This document shows, piece after piece, positions 1 through 15,000 of a DNA stretch of 64,000 nucleotides (the first letter of the stretch is position 1; each line of letters starts with the position of its first letter). Both the position numbers and the translations under genes were made by a program. The DNA comes from Felis catus (taxonomy: Eukaryota), in NCBI RefSeq assembly GCF_018350175.1, contig NC_058383.1, positions 17,484,001 to 17,548,000 on the forward strand, written 5' to 3'. The notes below the pieces were generated by a model. It did not search any database. It saw nothing but the letters and a program-made list of their open reading frames with translations, and had not been told where the DNA came from.

Positions 1-230
1 CATATAGCTCTATGCCTTAATTTCCTCATCTGGAAAGTGGGGATTGATAATAATATCTACCTGCCTTACAGGGTTGTTGTGAAAATTAAATGAGATAATG
101 TACACCAAGTAATAAGAATGGTATAAGGCACAGAGTAAGTGCTAGTTAATTGTGTTGTTATTATTAATTATTAACTGTTATTAACACTAGTGTTCTTAAC
201 ACTGTCAATAGTGTTATTAACACTGAAGTC

Positions 231-780
231 TGGGGTGCCTGGGTGGCTCAGTTGGTTAACTGGGTCATGATCTCATGGCTCATGGATTCGAGCTTCGCGT
301 CGGGTTCTGTGCTGACAGCTCAGAGCCTGGAGCCTGCTTCAGATTCTGTGTCTCCCTCTCTCTCTGCATCTCCCCCACTTGCACTCTCTCTCTTCCTCTC
401 AAAAAATAAACATTAAAAAAATTAAAAACAAAACAAAAAAACACCGAAGTCCAAGGCTAATGCCTGCAAATTGGTATACCATGAATCCAAGCCAGCTTTG
501 CACATGTTTTGCCTGGCTCATACACTGTGTTTAAGGAATTAGGTTGAACTTTTAAAACTCTAGAGATTTCAGGGCACCTGGATGGCTCAGTCAGTTAGGC
601 GTCCAGCTTTGGCTCAGGTCATGACCTCACGGCTTGAGTTTGAGCCCTGCATTGTGCTCTGTGCTGACAGCTCAGAGCCTGGAGCCTGCTTCAGATTCTG
701 TGTCTCCCTCTCTCTCTGCCCCTCCCCTGATCATGCTGCCTCTCAAAAATAAATAAACATTAAAAAAAATTTTTTTTTTA
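231..780 (+). mobile_element. Two carnivore tRNA-derived SINEs (about 231-440 and 571-780)
   Basis: ggggcgcctgggtggctcagtc head, (CT)n, A-rich tail. Confidence 0.88.
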
Positions 781-2829
781 ACTCTAGAGATTTCATATAA
801 ATATCTCTATTTCTGGATCCTCTTGAAAATTTGGAAGATCTGGTTACACTAGGCCCACATTCCTGCATGGCAACTACCAGCTAGAATTGAGTCATGACTG
901 CTCCCCTGCTCCCTTTAGACAGGTCATGGGGTCTCCTGATAGCCACAGTCCCCACCCAGCCAACTTGGAGTCCATATTAAACTGCCTGTCCTTTGCAAAC
1001 ATTTGCGCTGGTGATCCTGTTCTAGGCTTGTGTAAATTTGGATTCTAGAGCCAGACTACCTAAGTTCAAATTCTGCCACTTACTTGCTGTGGGATCCTGG
1101 GCAGGTGTCTTAACATCTCTGATCCTGTTTTCGCATCTGTAAAATGGCCATAGTAGTGGTACCTACTTCATAGAATAATAAACGTGATACACGTAAAAGC
1201 TCTAAGCACATTGCCTGGTACTGCATGACAGTGTAATACAATTTGTATGTTATTCTAACCCAGGCTACCCAGATACCAGAATCTGGATCTTTCCCCATGC
1301 CTAGTTCTTACAGGATCCATTATATTGCTCTGGGGCTGAGAGAAAGAAGGTACAGAACCTGGAAGGTGGTGGTAGGAAGACAAGGCTAAGTATTTTGGGA
1401 AATTGGGCCATGGTGAGTGTTAGCAGGTGTTTTCCACTGACAGTGATCTGGGCCAGGCCTAGTCCTGGTTTCTCCCAGAGCCTGACCCAGTCTTGCTCTC
1501 CCCTGGCCAGAGTGGGGCCAGTCTGCCCCCAGAACCTACTCATCTGGTCTTTTGATCCTGCAGAGAAGGTCCTGGTGCTTAAGCTGTCACTTCAGCAACA
1601 TGCAAGTCCAGCAGCAGGCCAGATTGTCCCCTTGGGAACAGGCTGGACCATGGGATGGATGGGGGTGGGGGGCCTCTCTCAGCTAGGTCCAGGAAGTTGC
1701 TTCCTTCCCTCTACAGTCTGTACAGGAGAAAAAGAGCCACTTCACTGTCTCTAGCTGACCCCACATCAGGAAAACTGGACTGGCCTATGGATACTGGGTC
1801 CCTATACAGAAAATGATAGAACTCGGATGACCCTTAAGGGTAGACTTTTCCTCTCATCATTCAAATACATAGGCTATGGTAAAGAGAGAGACAGAGACTA
1901 ACCCAAATCACCTAGTGTTGTTACTCCTCTATCCCCATGTCCGTATGTTCCTATGAAGACTCCCCACCAGCTTGCTTGCTTTTTCCTGTCGTGTTGGTGG
2001 GGAAACTCTGGACTGAGTCCAGTGATCCTGGGCCCTAGTTCATTCTGTATCCTTCATCTGCTGAGTGCTCTTGGCAGAGGCACTGCCCCATTCTGGGCCT
2101 TGGTTTCCATGCCTCTCCAATTAACAGACAGGCTGAGCCATCTCTGATGCGTGTCTTGTTCTGACATGCTGGGATCTAGAGTTTGATGACAAGAATCAGC
2201 TCATCCTGGGGCGGGTACTTGCAAGCTACAGAGAGGGCACCCTCCATGATCTGTTTCCCACTGGACTGCGAGAGGGAGGATGCCTGTCCAGGGTCACACA
2301 GCTGGCCACAGGCTGGGAGGAGCCAGGGTTTGTGTCTGCTGACTCCTCCTGACCCTGAGATTCCCTCAGTCCCATTTCCTCCACTGGGCCTGTTGCATCA
2401 TCCTCCCACACCTGCAGTTTATCAGTTCCGAAATCACATATCAGCTTCCTAATCAGCTTCTTTCCCCAGCAGCTTCCTCACAGGCATCCTCTCTGCTCAG
2501 AGCTGTCCTGCGTTACACCAAGCACTCTTTGTGATTGCTAGGAACTGGCCACCCTCTTTGGGATGGGGCCACCTTCAGCTGGGTGACTACGTTTATTCAT
2601 TTTTTTGTCTTTGACTCTCCCAGCCCTGTTTTTATAGCTCCCACCAAACTCTGATTTGCCTTTGAATCTCTCATGGTAACCTAGTAAGGACTTCTGCCTG
2701 GGACGTGCTCGTTTGGGACCTCTTTGCCCCACCCTTGCATATATATCGCCGTTGGTGATTTGTCTCCCCTCAGGACACCTTTCAGGCTTGTTTATCCTCC
2801 TTCTGGCCCGGTTTATGCTAGGGGTCTAC

Positions 2830-2832
<3 letters not shown>

Positions 2833-2867
<35 letters not shown>
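2833..2867. repeat. (CA)n microsatellite in ORAI3 intron 1
   Basis: Direct reading. Confidence 0.95.
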
Positions 2868-2869
<2 letters not shown>

Positions 2870-2979
2870 AGAAAAAGGGACTGGAGTAGTCCCTTGGGAC
2901 CTTGTTTGTACTCCTTTACCTCTTAAAAACCCCTTCCTCTGTCCCGTCTCCCGTGGGTACCCGTTTACTTCGTCCACGA

Positions 2980-3929
<950 letters not shown>

Positions 3930-3950
<21 letters not shown>

Positions 3951-5482
3951 GAGTTTTATAGCAAACCGTATTGTACAGACCCGGGGCCCAGGGGCCCAGC
4001 CCGGCTGGGACCCCCATTTGCCCCCGCCGGGCTGCCTCCTCCCCCTCCCCAAGCGGTCCCATTATCAAGCCTTTCGCCATACCCAGAACCCCCTCCCCTC
4101 CGGCCTTTGGTCCGCCCAGTCCCTCCCCCCACCCTCGCACCTCCCTGTTACCTGAGGTATGTGGATAGATCCCCCCTCCCCTACATGGTACAACCCGGCT
4201 GCCCCGGGAGGCCGGGGCTGAGGGGCGGGACCTGGCCCCAACTCCTCCCCCTGCCTCCTCAAACCCCGCCCCCATCCTGGAGGGGGGCAGGGGAGGGCCA
4301 AGAGTCTGTTACTAAGTTCCCATGGCAACTAAGAGGGGCCATTTCCAGCCTTAGCACTGGCTTTGGGAGGTGTCCATTGGCTGCTATTTCCATGGCAACC
4401 AGGAGTGGCAGTTCCCTGGGCAAATGGGATACAAGTTTCCATGACGATGAAAGAGAGGGAAGAGCCAGGCTGGAGGAGTCCCATCTTTCCCATCATTGGG
4501 CTGGCACCCCACCCCCTCCCCCACCCCCGGTCAGGAGGGTGGAGCTGCTCAATACAGTAAAGCATGAGAGCCTGGGGGTGGCGCAGTCCAAGCAGGGTGC
4601 CCACTGGTCCAGTCTCAGTCTCAGTCCAAGCGGATCAGTCCCCTCACTCTGGCTCCCCCAGGTCCGAGGTTCCCCCGGTTCAAGTAACACTTCAGTACAG
4701 ATGAATGTTCAAGTATTGTGTGGGGAGGCAGGCAGGGGGCTGGGGTACCCCTCACCACTCCCCTGGGCCGCGCTGAACCCCGCGGGCCCCCACTCCTCGC
4801 AATAGCTGCCATTGTCAGTGACGTTCAAGGAGTCAGGGCTTGTGGGGGAAGGAACTGAAATCTGGGGAGGGAGTTAGGAGAGGGGTGTGACCCCCTGAGG
4901 GGGTACTACTGCCCCCACACCTGCTCTTTGCCCCCACCCCTCGCTCAGCCCTGGCTTTCCCCTGTTTCCCCGATTCCCCCCCACCTCTGACATGTGGATC
5001 CCCAATTACTCCTCTGGTTTCCCTTTTTGGCCCCCCCCACCCCCCAACTCCAAGTATCTGGTCTTTGTTCCCTGAACCCTTGGTGGTCTGCTTTCTGTCC
5101 CCCCTCCCCCAGCCCATCCTCCACCTCCCCCAGCCCCCTGGCTCCCAGTATCCTGTGTGCAGATACCCTTTCCCCGATTTCCCTCCCTCAAACTTGCACC
5201 TTACCCCCCTCCCACCATCCCTTTGGCTCAGCAACCCCCAGTACCTCTGACCCACTCCCCCCAGGGGATGGACAATGAAGCAGGTGGAAGGGAGAGGGGA
5301 TGGGAAGGAGAGACCCCCAGAGATATCAGTGCAGGGGGCAGAAAGGGGGGGAGGCTGGCTCGAGTCCCTGGGCAGGAATCCCAAGTCATGAGGTGGGTAA
5401 CCTGGCCTCCTGGCAGGGATAAAATGAAGGCCCGAGGTCCAGGCTCCTGATGAGTCCTGGGGGAGGGTGGGGGGGCACCCAA
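3930..5482 (-). other. FBXL19: FBXL19 3'UTR (approximate), probable variant poly(A) signal TATAAA near 3955-3960
   Basis: Follows the stop at 5483; G-rich on the minus strand; no canonical AATAAA noticed; TGTACA and TATAAA near the end. Confidence 0.55.
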
Positions 5483-5661
5483 CTAGCTGTCCTTGAGAAG
5501 TAGCTTCTCCTCTGGGCAGCGGAAGGGGCCAGGGGGCCCAGCGGCTGCCAGCCGGGCACAAGCTTCAGGTGAGAGCTGGCGGCAGGAGCGCAGGTCTAGG
5601 CGGCGGAGGCGCGGGCAGCGGCGGAACAGCGGGAGGCAGTGGTCCGTGAGGCGGTGGCAAC
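5483..5661 (-). CDS. FBXL19: FBXL19 last coding exon (LRR, ...[12 protein letters not shown])
   Basis: ctag|GTTGC acceptor; [27 protein letters not shown]; TAG stop. Confidence 0.95.
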
Positions 5662-5760
5662 CTAGGGGTGGGGTAGAGGTAACTGAGACTAGGAAGGTGA
5701 GTAGTGGGTGGCCACCGGTCTCGGGGACAAACACACTAGCAGGATGGACAGATTGCTTAC

Positions 5761-5979
5761 CAGCAAGATTGAGGTGCACCAGGGTCTCCCGGAGTGGGGA
5801 AGTGGGGGCTGTGAGTAGGTGGACACTGGGATCTCCGACGTGGGCGCAGTGGCTCAGGTCCAGGGCGCTCAGCTGGGGTGCGTGGCGCAGGAGGAGCCGC
5901 AGGGAGGCATCTGTCAGCTCCAGGCCCGCCAGGCGCAGCTCTGCTACTCCCTGCAGCCGCCCACGGCTCTCTGTTTGCC
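5761..5979 (-). CDS. FBXL19: FBXL19 LRR exon ([20 protein letters not shown]...HLNLA)
   Basis: cccag| acceptor, G|gtaag donor, phase 1-1, 219 nt. Confidence 0.95.
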
Positions 5980-7169
5980 CTGGGCAGGCAGGTGAGAGAT
6001 CAGCACTCCTGGCCGCTCCTGTGCCCAAACCTAGGCATCTAGCCTACCTGTGTCTCCAAACCTATTCCTCACCGATCCGTAAACTGCTTCCGAGATAAGA
6101 GAGCCTCCACCTGCACCACCTGCTCTTCTCCCAAACACCCACACAACCTGACCTCATCTAATCTGTTCACTGCTCACATCACCTCCCTAGTGAGACCCTC
6201 CATGATTACTCCATTTGACTCGGTAACATTCCACATACTCCTCCCCTTTCCCTGCATTATTTTTTCCCCTTTTCTAACATGTGACATCTTTTTTTCTCTC
6301 CTCCCACTAGAATGTAAGTTCCACCAAGGCAAGAGTTTGTGTCTTGTTCTTGCTCTGTCCCTAACAATTGGGACATAGGTGCTCAATATATATTCACTCA
6401 TCCAACAAATGCCATCCCCAATGGAACTGCCATCCCAGGCTCCCCTCCTACTTCCCTCTCCTTCCATTAGTAACATCATCAGCTGAATCCCTTTTTCTCC
6501 ATTCCCCAGACACCCCTCTGGGGTAACACCACTCCTGCCTGAACTCCTGCCACAGCCTCCTCACCCAGTCCAGTCTCTCCTCTCCTTCCTCACATCCAAA
6601 GAGAGCTGTTCTCAAATACAGGCTCCTCTACCAAAAACCCTGAAGGCACCTCCTTGGTTACAACATTCCAGTTCCTATTAGGTCTCATCCCTGTCTCAGT
6701 TCCTAACTCCACGCCTGTGCTCCCAAACACCTGGGCCAAATTCCATAGGTGACCCTGCTCTGAGACTCTGCCTGTGGACACCGAAGTTCAATCCTATGCC
6801 TGGCTGGTGTCCCAGGCTTTTAGGTCTGAGCTTAGAGGCCTCTTCTTCATCTCCAGGGTAGAAGAACTCATGCCCCTCATCTCTACACCCAAAGCATGTG
6901 GCTTGCTTTTCTTTTATTGTATCTACCACATTCCTGCATTACTTTTTTTTGCTTTTTAAACTAAGTGCCTAGGGTACACTAGCCATCATTAATTGAGCAC
7001 TCAGTGTGGGCCAGGCACCAGCTAAGGTGGGCTAAGTGGCAGCCTGCCCCAAGGCCAGTGACTCTTCTGCGTCCCCTGGAGGGCTGCCTAGAATGGTTGC
7101 TGGCCTGCCACCAGAATTTAGATAGTAGGGCCTCAGAGTTTCTATTTTATTATTATTATTATTATTTTT

Positions 7170-10100
7170 ATTTTTATTTAAAAAAAAAATTTTTTTTAAT
7201 GTTTATTTATTTTTGAAGGAGAGAGAGAGACAGAGTGTGAGCAGGGGAGGGGAAGAGAGAGAGGGAGACACAGAATCGGAAGCAGGCTCCAGGCTCCGAG
7301 CCATCAGCACAGAGCCCGACGTGGGGCTGGAACTCACAAACCGCGAGATCGTGACCTGAGCCGAAGTCGGACGCTTAACCGACTGAGCCACCCAGGCGCC
7401 CCTCTATTTTATTATTATTATTAAATGTTTTTATTTTTGAGAGAGAGAGCGTGAGTGGAGGAGGGGCAGAGAGAGAGAAGGGGACAGAGGATCTGAAGTG
7501 GGCTCTGTGCTGACAGCAGAGAGCCCGATGCAGGGCTGAAACTCATGAACAGTGAGATCACCGCCTGAGCCGAAATCAGACACTTAACCGACTGAGCCAC
7601 CCAGGCACCCCTAGAGTTTATTTTTCTAACAAGTTTTCTAGTAGTGTTGATGCTGCTGGTCTGGACTGCACTGTAAGAACCACAGCTGTGGGAGACTGTG
7701 ACTATCACTCCTGCTTACAGATGAGAACTTTGAGGTTAAAATCATTAAGCAATCTGTCGGAAGTCACATGACTCTGAAGTAACAGAGTAGGACAACAGAC
7801 CACATACCACAACACTATCTGCCTCCCAGGCACCGGCCTAGCCCACAGATAAACTAAATCAGATGTCGCAAACTTATGAAACTCGCCTTCACAAGTGTTT
7901 TATGGAGTCTGCACAGTGCTAAACATTTTCTTCTTTTTCTTTTAAGTTTATTTATTTTGAGCGAGCAAGAGCAGGGGAGGAGCAAAGAGAGGGGGAGAGA
8001 GAATCCCAAGCAGGCTCTGCATGGTCAGCACAGAGCCCAATGCAGGGTTTGAACACACAAACTGCGAGATCATGACCTAAGCTGAAATCAAGAGTAGGAT
8101 GCTTAAACGACTGAGCCACCCAGGTGCCCCAGTGCTAAAAATTTTCTTAAATTAATGACTAATGCTACAAAAAGGACATTTCCATAAAGAAATTTAGATA
8201 GAGCTTTTCCTTCAAAAATTATAAGATCTGGCACCACTGGGCTATCTTTTTCACCTGAAAATGATTAGCTGGGAGCTGGGTTGCAAGATGCTATTCCCTA
8301 AAGTCATTCACCAAGCCCAACCCTTCTGCCAGGCCACCTTTGTGGACACTCGACTTGGCAAACTGGATTCTACCTCGTTTTTTCCTTTAAGGAGTAGAGA
8401 GCCTAGAAAGGGGATACACCTACAGATGCCTTCAATCTCGGGCCACAGCTAAAAGCCATTAGGAGGAAGCAGAGGAAAGAGAGGTCACTCCTGGCTTCTG
8501 CAGGGGAAGTAGGCATCTACAAGGATTTCACTGAGGTGGCAGCATTTCAGCTGGGCTTTCAAGGATTTAAACATGCAGAGAAGTGAGAGAAGAACACGCC
8601 AGGCAGAGAACAGTGGGACGAAAGCAAGGAAATAGAAGAACTTGAAATTTTGCTTCAGGAATGCTGCACAGAGCCAGGGAGCCAAGATAAGAAAGGTGGG
8701 TGTAGAGGCGCCTGGGTGGCTTAGTCGGTTAAGCGTCCGACTTCAGCTCAGGTCATGATCTCGCAGTTTGTGAGTTCGAGCCCTGCGTCGGGCTCTGTGC
8801 TGACAGCTCAGAGCCTGGAGCCTGCTTTGGATTCTGTGTCTCCCCCTCTCTCTGCCCCTTCCCTGCTCATGCTCTGTGTCTCTCTGTCTCTCAATAATAA
8901 ATAAATGTCAAAAAGAAAAAATTTATAAAAAAAAAAAAAGAAAGAAAGAAAGGTGGGTGTAACAGGTCTTAAGGACCTGGAAGGTTCATCCTTGGAAGCT
9001 CCTCAGGTAGTTCAGGCAGGAGGAGCTGGGGTCAGTGTGCCAGCCAAACAGCACTTTCTCACTTCATGGACTAAACAGTTCCCAATGCCCACCCTCACCC
9101 CCACTTTCCTGATTCAGTCTAATGCTGGTAAGAGTGGGCAACAGGGAATTTCTCTGGGCTAACTCTGCCTGTGTGCCTTGCAGTAGTCACTCAGTCCCTC
9201 TGGGCCTCTGGTGGCTTGTCCAGATAGTAAGAGACTTCTAGATGTTTGTCTACCCCCTTCCAAGACTGCTGTGAAGGGGAATGGGGTGGGGAGAAAGGTG
9301 CTGAAAAGTGAGCTGTGAAAGCAAAGGGCTAGAGTGAGCACAGCCCCTGCCCTCCTGGAGCTTAAGAGAAGAAATGGGTTTTCATCAAATCACTTCACAA
9401 CTATGTAATGATAGCTGGGAGTGGATGCTCTCAAAGCTCTAAATTTTTTTTTTTTAATGTTTATTTATTTTTGAGAGAGACAGAGAGAGAGAGAGAGAGC
9501 GAGCGAGCGCGGGGGAAGGGAGGGAGACACAGAATCCAAAGCAGGCTCAGGCTCTGAGTTGTCAGCAAGAGCCTGATGCGGAGCTCAAACTCACAAGCCA
9601 TGAAAACATGACCTGAGCCAAAGTCAGATGCCCAACCAACTGAGCCACCCAGGGCCCCTCTGCTCTCAAAGCTCTAAAGGAACTCTGATCTTAGTGCACA
9701 GTGCGGGGCGGGGTGGGGGGTGGCACAGATCTTGGAGGGCTTCCAGGAGGAAGTGGCACTTATGCTGAAGCCTGAAGGATGACTAGGTGTTAATTAGACA
9801 AAGGAGGATACAGCATTCTAGACAAAGAAGACTGGGCAAAGGTCCTGGGGCTGGAGGGGCTGAAATGCAGGGATAGTATTGTGTCAGTGGGAGCCAGACC
9901 ATGCCATGCCTTAGCGACAAAGTATTAGTCTTTATCCAGAGAGTACCAAGGGGCTATGAGAAATAATTTAGAGCACAGGGCAGACATGGACAGATTTGCC
10001 CTTCTGGATTGTTCCCCTGGCATCAGTGTGGAGAACAGACTAGCGGGGGCCAGAGAAGCTGTTGTTAGCATCACATCTCCTGGCTAGACAAGGAAGCTCC

Positions 10101-11165
10101 GGGCCTCAGTGCTCCTAACCCACACCTCTGTTGTGACCAGCCTCTGTTCATCTGACCAGCCTCAGCTCCCAGCACCCCCCTCTGTCAGTATGGGCCTCAT
10201 GCCCTAAGAAACTGTTTATTCCTGCTTCACACTCCCTGGGACAACCCTGTCCCTTTCAGGACCCAGTTCAAATAGCACCAACTCAGGGAGGAATTCTCTC
10301 ACTGCTCCCCACCCCTGCCCTGACCATAGCCACTACCATTATCACACCATAACTTTCCATTTCTGATTCTCTCTCTTCTGCATTACTAGGGTTCCACCAG
10401 CGTAGGGAATGGGACCAACTCAGTTTGAGATCTCCAGGGCCCTACACAGGGCCAGGGCCAGAGTATGTGTTCAATAACAAAAGCTGACTTTACCTGGCAG
10501 GTACCTGGCCTGACTCAGATGATACCACCAGCCCTATGCAACCTTCCAAGTCATTTGGCTCCCTCTTTCTGCTCCATCCTCTCAGGAAAACCCTTATCCT
10601 TTTATTACAGGGCAAGGGGGCATAAGGGCCAAATCTACTGCTCAGCCATATATTTACTGGTCCACACATGAATTTTAAAAGAATGTTAGGGACATTCTTT
10701 TAGGTGGCTCAGTTGACTGAGCATCGGACTTCACCTCAGCTCATGATCTCAGAGTTTGTGAATTTGAGCCCTGCATTGGGCCAACGGCTGTCAGCACACA
10801 ACCCGCTTCACATCCTCTGTTCCCCTCTGCCCCTCCCCTGCTCACACACACACACTCTTTCTCTCTCTCTCTCTCAAAAATAAACATTTAAAAATATATA
10901 AAATAAGCAAAAGAATGTTAAATTAACTGCCATCATTTAAAATCAAGGATATTTCAGGGCACCTGGATGGCTCAATCAGTTAAGTGCCCAACTCTTGATT
11001 TCAGTTCAGGTCATCATGATATCATCATGATATCAGGTCATGATATCACGGTTTGTGGGTTCAAGCCCCAAGTCAGGCTCCCTGCTAACAGCCTGCTTGG
11101 GATTCTCCCTCTCCCTCTGTCCTCCCCCCCAAGTAAACAGACATTTAAAAAATAAAATAAAATCA
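7170..11165. mobile_element. Cluster of 7 CAN-SINEs in an FBXL19 intron: minus at about 7170-7402, 7420-7611, 7925-8131, 9440-9660; plus at about 8706-8950, 10690-10910, 10956-11165
   Basis: SINE head, (CT)n and poly-A structure in each copy. Confidence 0.88.
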
Positions 11166-11610
11166 TGGATATCTCATAGAAAAATCCATTTCTGGCTCTT
11201 TGGGCCTGCATTCTTCCCTGGCAATTGCCGCTGCTCCCTTTGGAGGCTCTCCAATAGTGCCCACCACACCCAGTGACTTCACTCATATCTGCCATCAGCC
11301 ATGCCCCTGGCTTCTTCCAGAATTCTTACATCATCCTCCTGTTTTATACCGTGTTTCATCACATAACCATCTCCCCTCTAGAGGGCAGGGGCTACTTCCT
11401 CTTCATCCCTGTTCCCTTACAGCTCCTATCACACGGTGGAACGCACAGCAGGTGAACAATGGCCAAGTAAGGCCTTCTAATCAAACTTATGCTTGTCCTT
11501 TCTTCAAATCTTTTAACATCCAGCATGAGTTGGAAGAGACCTTGGAGGCCTCATACCCACTCCCTCCCCTTGCCCAACCCCTTCTGCAAATGAGCCAACA
11601 GGGGCCACAC

Positions 11611-11772
11611 CTGGTTTGGTGTCTGGTGGAGGCAGCAGCAGCTCACGCAGCTGGGAGTCTTTAACATCCTCAATCCAGCGAAGGTCCAGGAGCCGCAGGG
11701 CCGGCAGTGGGGCTGAGCCCAGGGCAGAGACGGAGAGCCAGGAGCAGCCAGAGAGCACCAGCTCCTGCAGGC
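11611..11772 (-). CDS. FBXL19: FBXL19 LRR exon ([12 protein letters not shown]...PPPDTKP)
   Basis: cccag| acceptor, G|gtgtg donor, 162 nt, KDM2/FBXL19-type LRR. Confidence 0.93.
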
Positions 11773-11857
11773 CTGGGGGGTTGGAGGGAAGGTCAGGAAG
11801 CTGATGCTCCATCCCAGGACCGTCTCCCTCTTCACTCTGTCCTACCTTGCCATCCAA

Positions 11858-12037
11858 NNNNNNNNNNNNNNNNNNNNNNNNNNNNNNNNNNNNNNNNNNN
11901 NNNNNNNNNNNNNNNNNNNNNNNNNNNNNNNNNNNNNNNNNNNNNNNNNNNNNNNNNNNNNNNNNNNNNNNNNNNNNNNNNNNNNNNNNNNNNNNNNNNN
12001 NNNNNNNNNNNNNNNNNNNNNNNNNNNNNNNNNNNNN
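11858..12037. other. FBXL19: Assembly gap probably holding the FBXL19 exon that links the F-box to the first LRRs
   Basis: The flanking exons have incompatible phases (phase 2 donor at 18904, phase 1 acceptor at 11772), so an exon is missing; gap size fits. Confidence 0.7.
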
Positions 12038-15000
12038 CAAGAGGGAGACAGAGCTCTCAGCTCTCAGGGAGCCCACAAAACTCCCTACTTAAGGGTCCAC
12101 CACAGACAGCTCTGTCCTGGCTGGCCCACAAAGACAGCAGGGGGTGGCAGGAAGCTCCCCTCCTCAGGACAAGAGCACTGGGTTTGGGGTTCTATTTCAT
12201 CACCTACTGGATGTGAGACCCCAAGCAAGTCCATTCCTCTCCCTGAGCCTCAGATGCTCCCTTTATAAAATGAGGATAATGATCCAAACTCAGCCCCACA
12301 GTGCTTCTGTATGTTTTTAGGCATTACAGCTTATAAAGCATTTTAGCAAAGACACAAACACCCTACATGGTGTATTTAATGTAACACCATAGGGATCTGT
12401 CAGCAGCCCTTACCCACCTCCACCCCCACCCCACCTTGGACTTCTGGAGTTCTCCCTGGCTAAGTTATGATGACTCATGGGAATTTCCCATATCCTTTAT
12501 TAATCTCTGCCTTTGAGCCACATCTGCCCCATTCTGATGGCCAACTGCCTGAGGCTTGACCTACAACCCTGTTCTCTTTGATCATTGTGTCTCTTCAACT
12601 AGAATGGAGGCTCTACAAGGGCAGGTCTGGCTTTTCTCCTTTGGTAGGGCCAGTACCCAGCACTGTGCCAGGTGCACCCAGGTGATCTGTTGCACATTTG
12701 TTGAATGAAGGAATGGTGCAAAGCCAGTGTGAATTCCCTGAAGCTTCCACCGGGCCCTCCCCCACAACACATTTCATCTCAGCTTTTCATTTATTCACTT
12801 AATCAGTGTTTATGGAAGGCCTGGTAGGGCCCAGGATTCAGTTTCAAATCCTGATTTGAATTTGAATTCCTGATCCCAGCATTTCTGAGAGCCTTGACTA
12901 GTCCAACATGCAGCAAAACCAGAGAAGGGCTTCCCAAACTTATTTTACCAGGAACCCTTCCGGTGTTCTCCCCAGGTCACCTATAAACACTTTGTGGCAC
13001 ACTAAAGTTCCTTGAGACTTAGTTAGAAAACTCTCTTCCAGTTTTCAGAGGCATGTCAGGAAATTCTCACTGGGCTAGATGGACTGTGTCAGAAGCAGCA
13101 GGCGTGGGAAGGGCCCAGGAGGCTGTGTCTTCCCTGCCTCCCACCCCTCATACTGAAGGGCTTTCCCTGCAAGAAGCCCTGAGCTGGGGCAGTGGTTCCC
13201 AATTCCGGTTATTTGCTATCCCCTTCTGTGCAGAACATGGATTTATCTTTAAATTGATCCCCACTTCGCACTTAAAGGCAGTATTATTTCATATACATAT
13301 GTTAACCTTAGAAACATGTACAATAAAAACAGACCAGGGCTATTAAGTTCTAGGCAGGTGTTGCTGTGGCTTTAAGCTACCACCTGAAGACTATTTTTGT
13401 TAAACAGGGAGATAAGTATTGAGAAGTGTTAAAGACACAATAGCACCCAATGGAGAGACTTCCTTTTCAAAACTAACAGAAGGATTAAGCCATGCTTTTG
13501 TGCCACTTGAAACTGCCAGCGCCCTGTATGACATTTTAGGGAATACTGGGGGCACAGACACTGAAGGCTTCAATCCAAACAACTCCACTCCCGCCTGCTG
13601 CTTCCTACCACTTCCCCCCCTCTTCTGGCATTCTAGCCTCTACTTCTCCTGGTTCCTTCCACTCAACCAATAAACATTTGCAAATCTCTCCGATTATAAA
13701 ACAGAAAAGGAAAAAAACCCAACCTATCCTCAACGCAGCTTCTGCCCCTAGGTCCTGCCCTTTTTCTTTTTCTACTCAGTGAAATCCTGCCCACTCCAAC
13801 CCAGTCTTGAATCTCAGCTCAACTGCCACTATCATCTTGAAGCCCTCCTGGATCTTCCACAGCTAGAAGGGAACCCTTCTCCCTGGAGGCACACATGGGC
13901 CCCCCAGTTGTTTCCGTATCCCACTTCACGATAGCCAGGCCAAACGACCTGCCTGCCTATTGACATACAATGCTGCCTGGAGCCAACATAGATTGGTACG
14001 TGTTGTGCTTCTGCCAGAAATGCCAACCAACCCAGAGCTTTCAACACACAGCTCCAGTGCCTCCTCTCCCAGGAAGTCTCCCAGGACTTTTCTGGGATTG
14101 AACTAACTGGTCCCTTTACTCTTGAATGACCAGGACACTGGGTTTAAACCTAAGAACGGCAGCCAAGAATCACCGATTGCCCTACTGATCCTAAGCGCCC
14201 AGCCTCCACTGGGCTATCAGAAAATGGGGGAAACACGGCCAGTCCATGGTAACTGAAGCAGCAAAGGATATAATAAGGGTCAATGAGAGGACTGGACAAG
14301 GAGCCTCCCAGGGAGACAGCCTGATTTGAGACTTTAAGAAGACAGCAGTTATTCTAGTGAGGGGAGGAAAGTGGGTGTTATGTTCCAGATGGGGAAGAAC
14401 CAGTGTCCAGGCCTAGGACACAGAGAGAAAACAGAGCACTCTGAGAAACTCAGGCAGCAGGAACAAAGGGCAATTCATCAGCTCACCATAATGAGGAAGG
14501 TGAGGATGATGCCTATGGTACTAACAACTAGTGTTTACTGAGAGTTTACTGTGTGCCAGGTACTTGTCTATAGATAAGGCATTTAACCTCACAACAACAG
14601 CCCTAGGAGGTAAATATTGTTATTATCATCTCCTTTTTAAGAGTTAAGGCAAAGAGATTAAGAAACTTGTTCAAGATCCCAGAGTTACCAAGTGGCAGCA
14701 AAGCCAGGCTTTAAACCAAGCTGGTCTGGATTGAGAGCCTGAGCTGTGACTGGTTTAGAGGCCGGGGGAAGACCTCAGAGGAGGCCCAGGGGAGGCCCAC
14801 CGTGTCAAGGCAGGCTGGAATGCCAGGCTGGACTGTCATGCCCACGAGAGCCTAGAGGTAAAGTGTGTGAGCTCGATAGGAATTTGAATCCCAGCTCTGC
14901 CAGCTCCATGCTTTGAGTCACCCTCTCTGGGCCTCCATTCTCCAAACCATAAGAGAGTAAAGGCGGTACTTCAAAGGTTTGCTGCAAAGATGAAGGCAGA

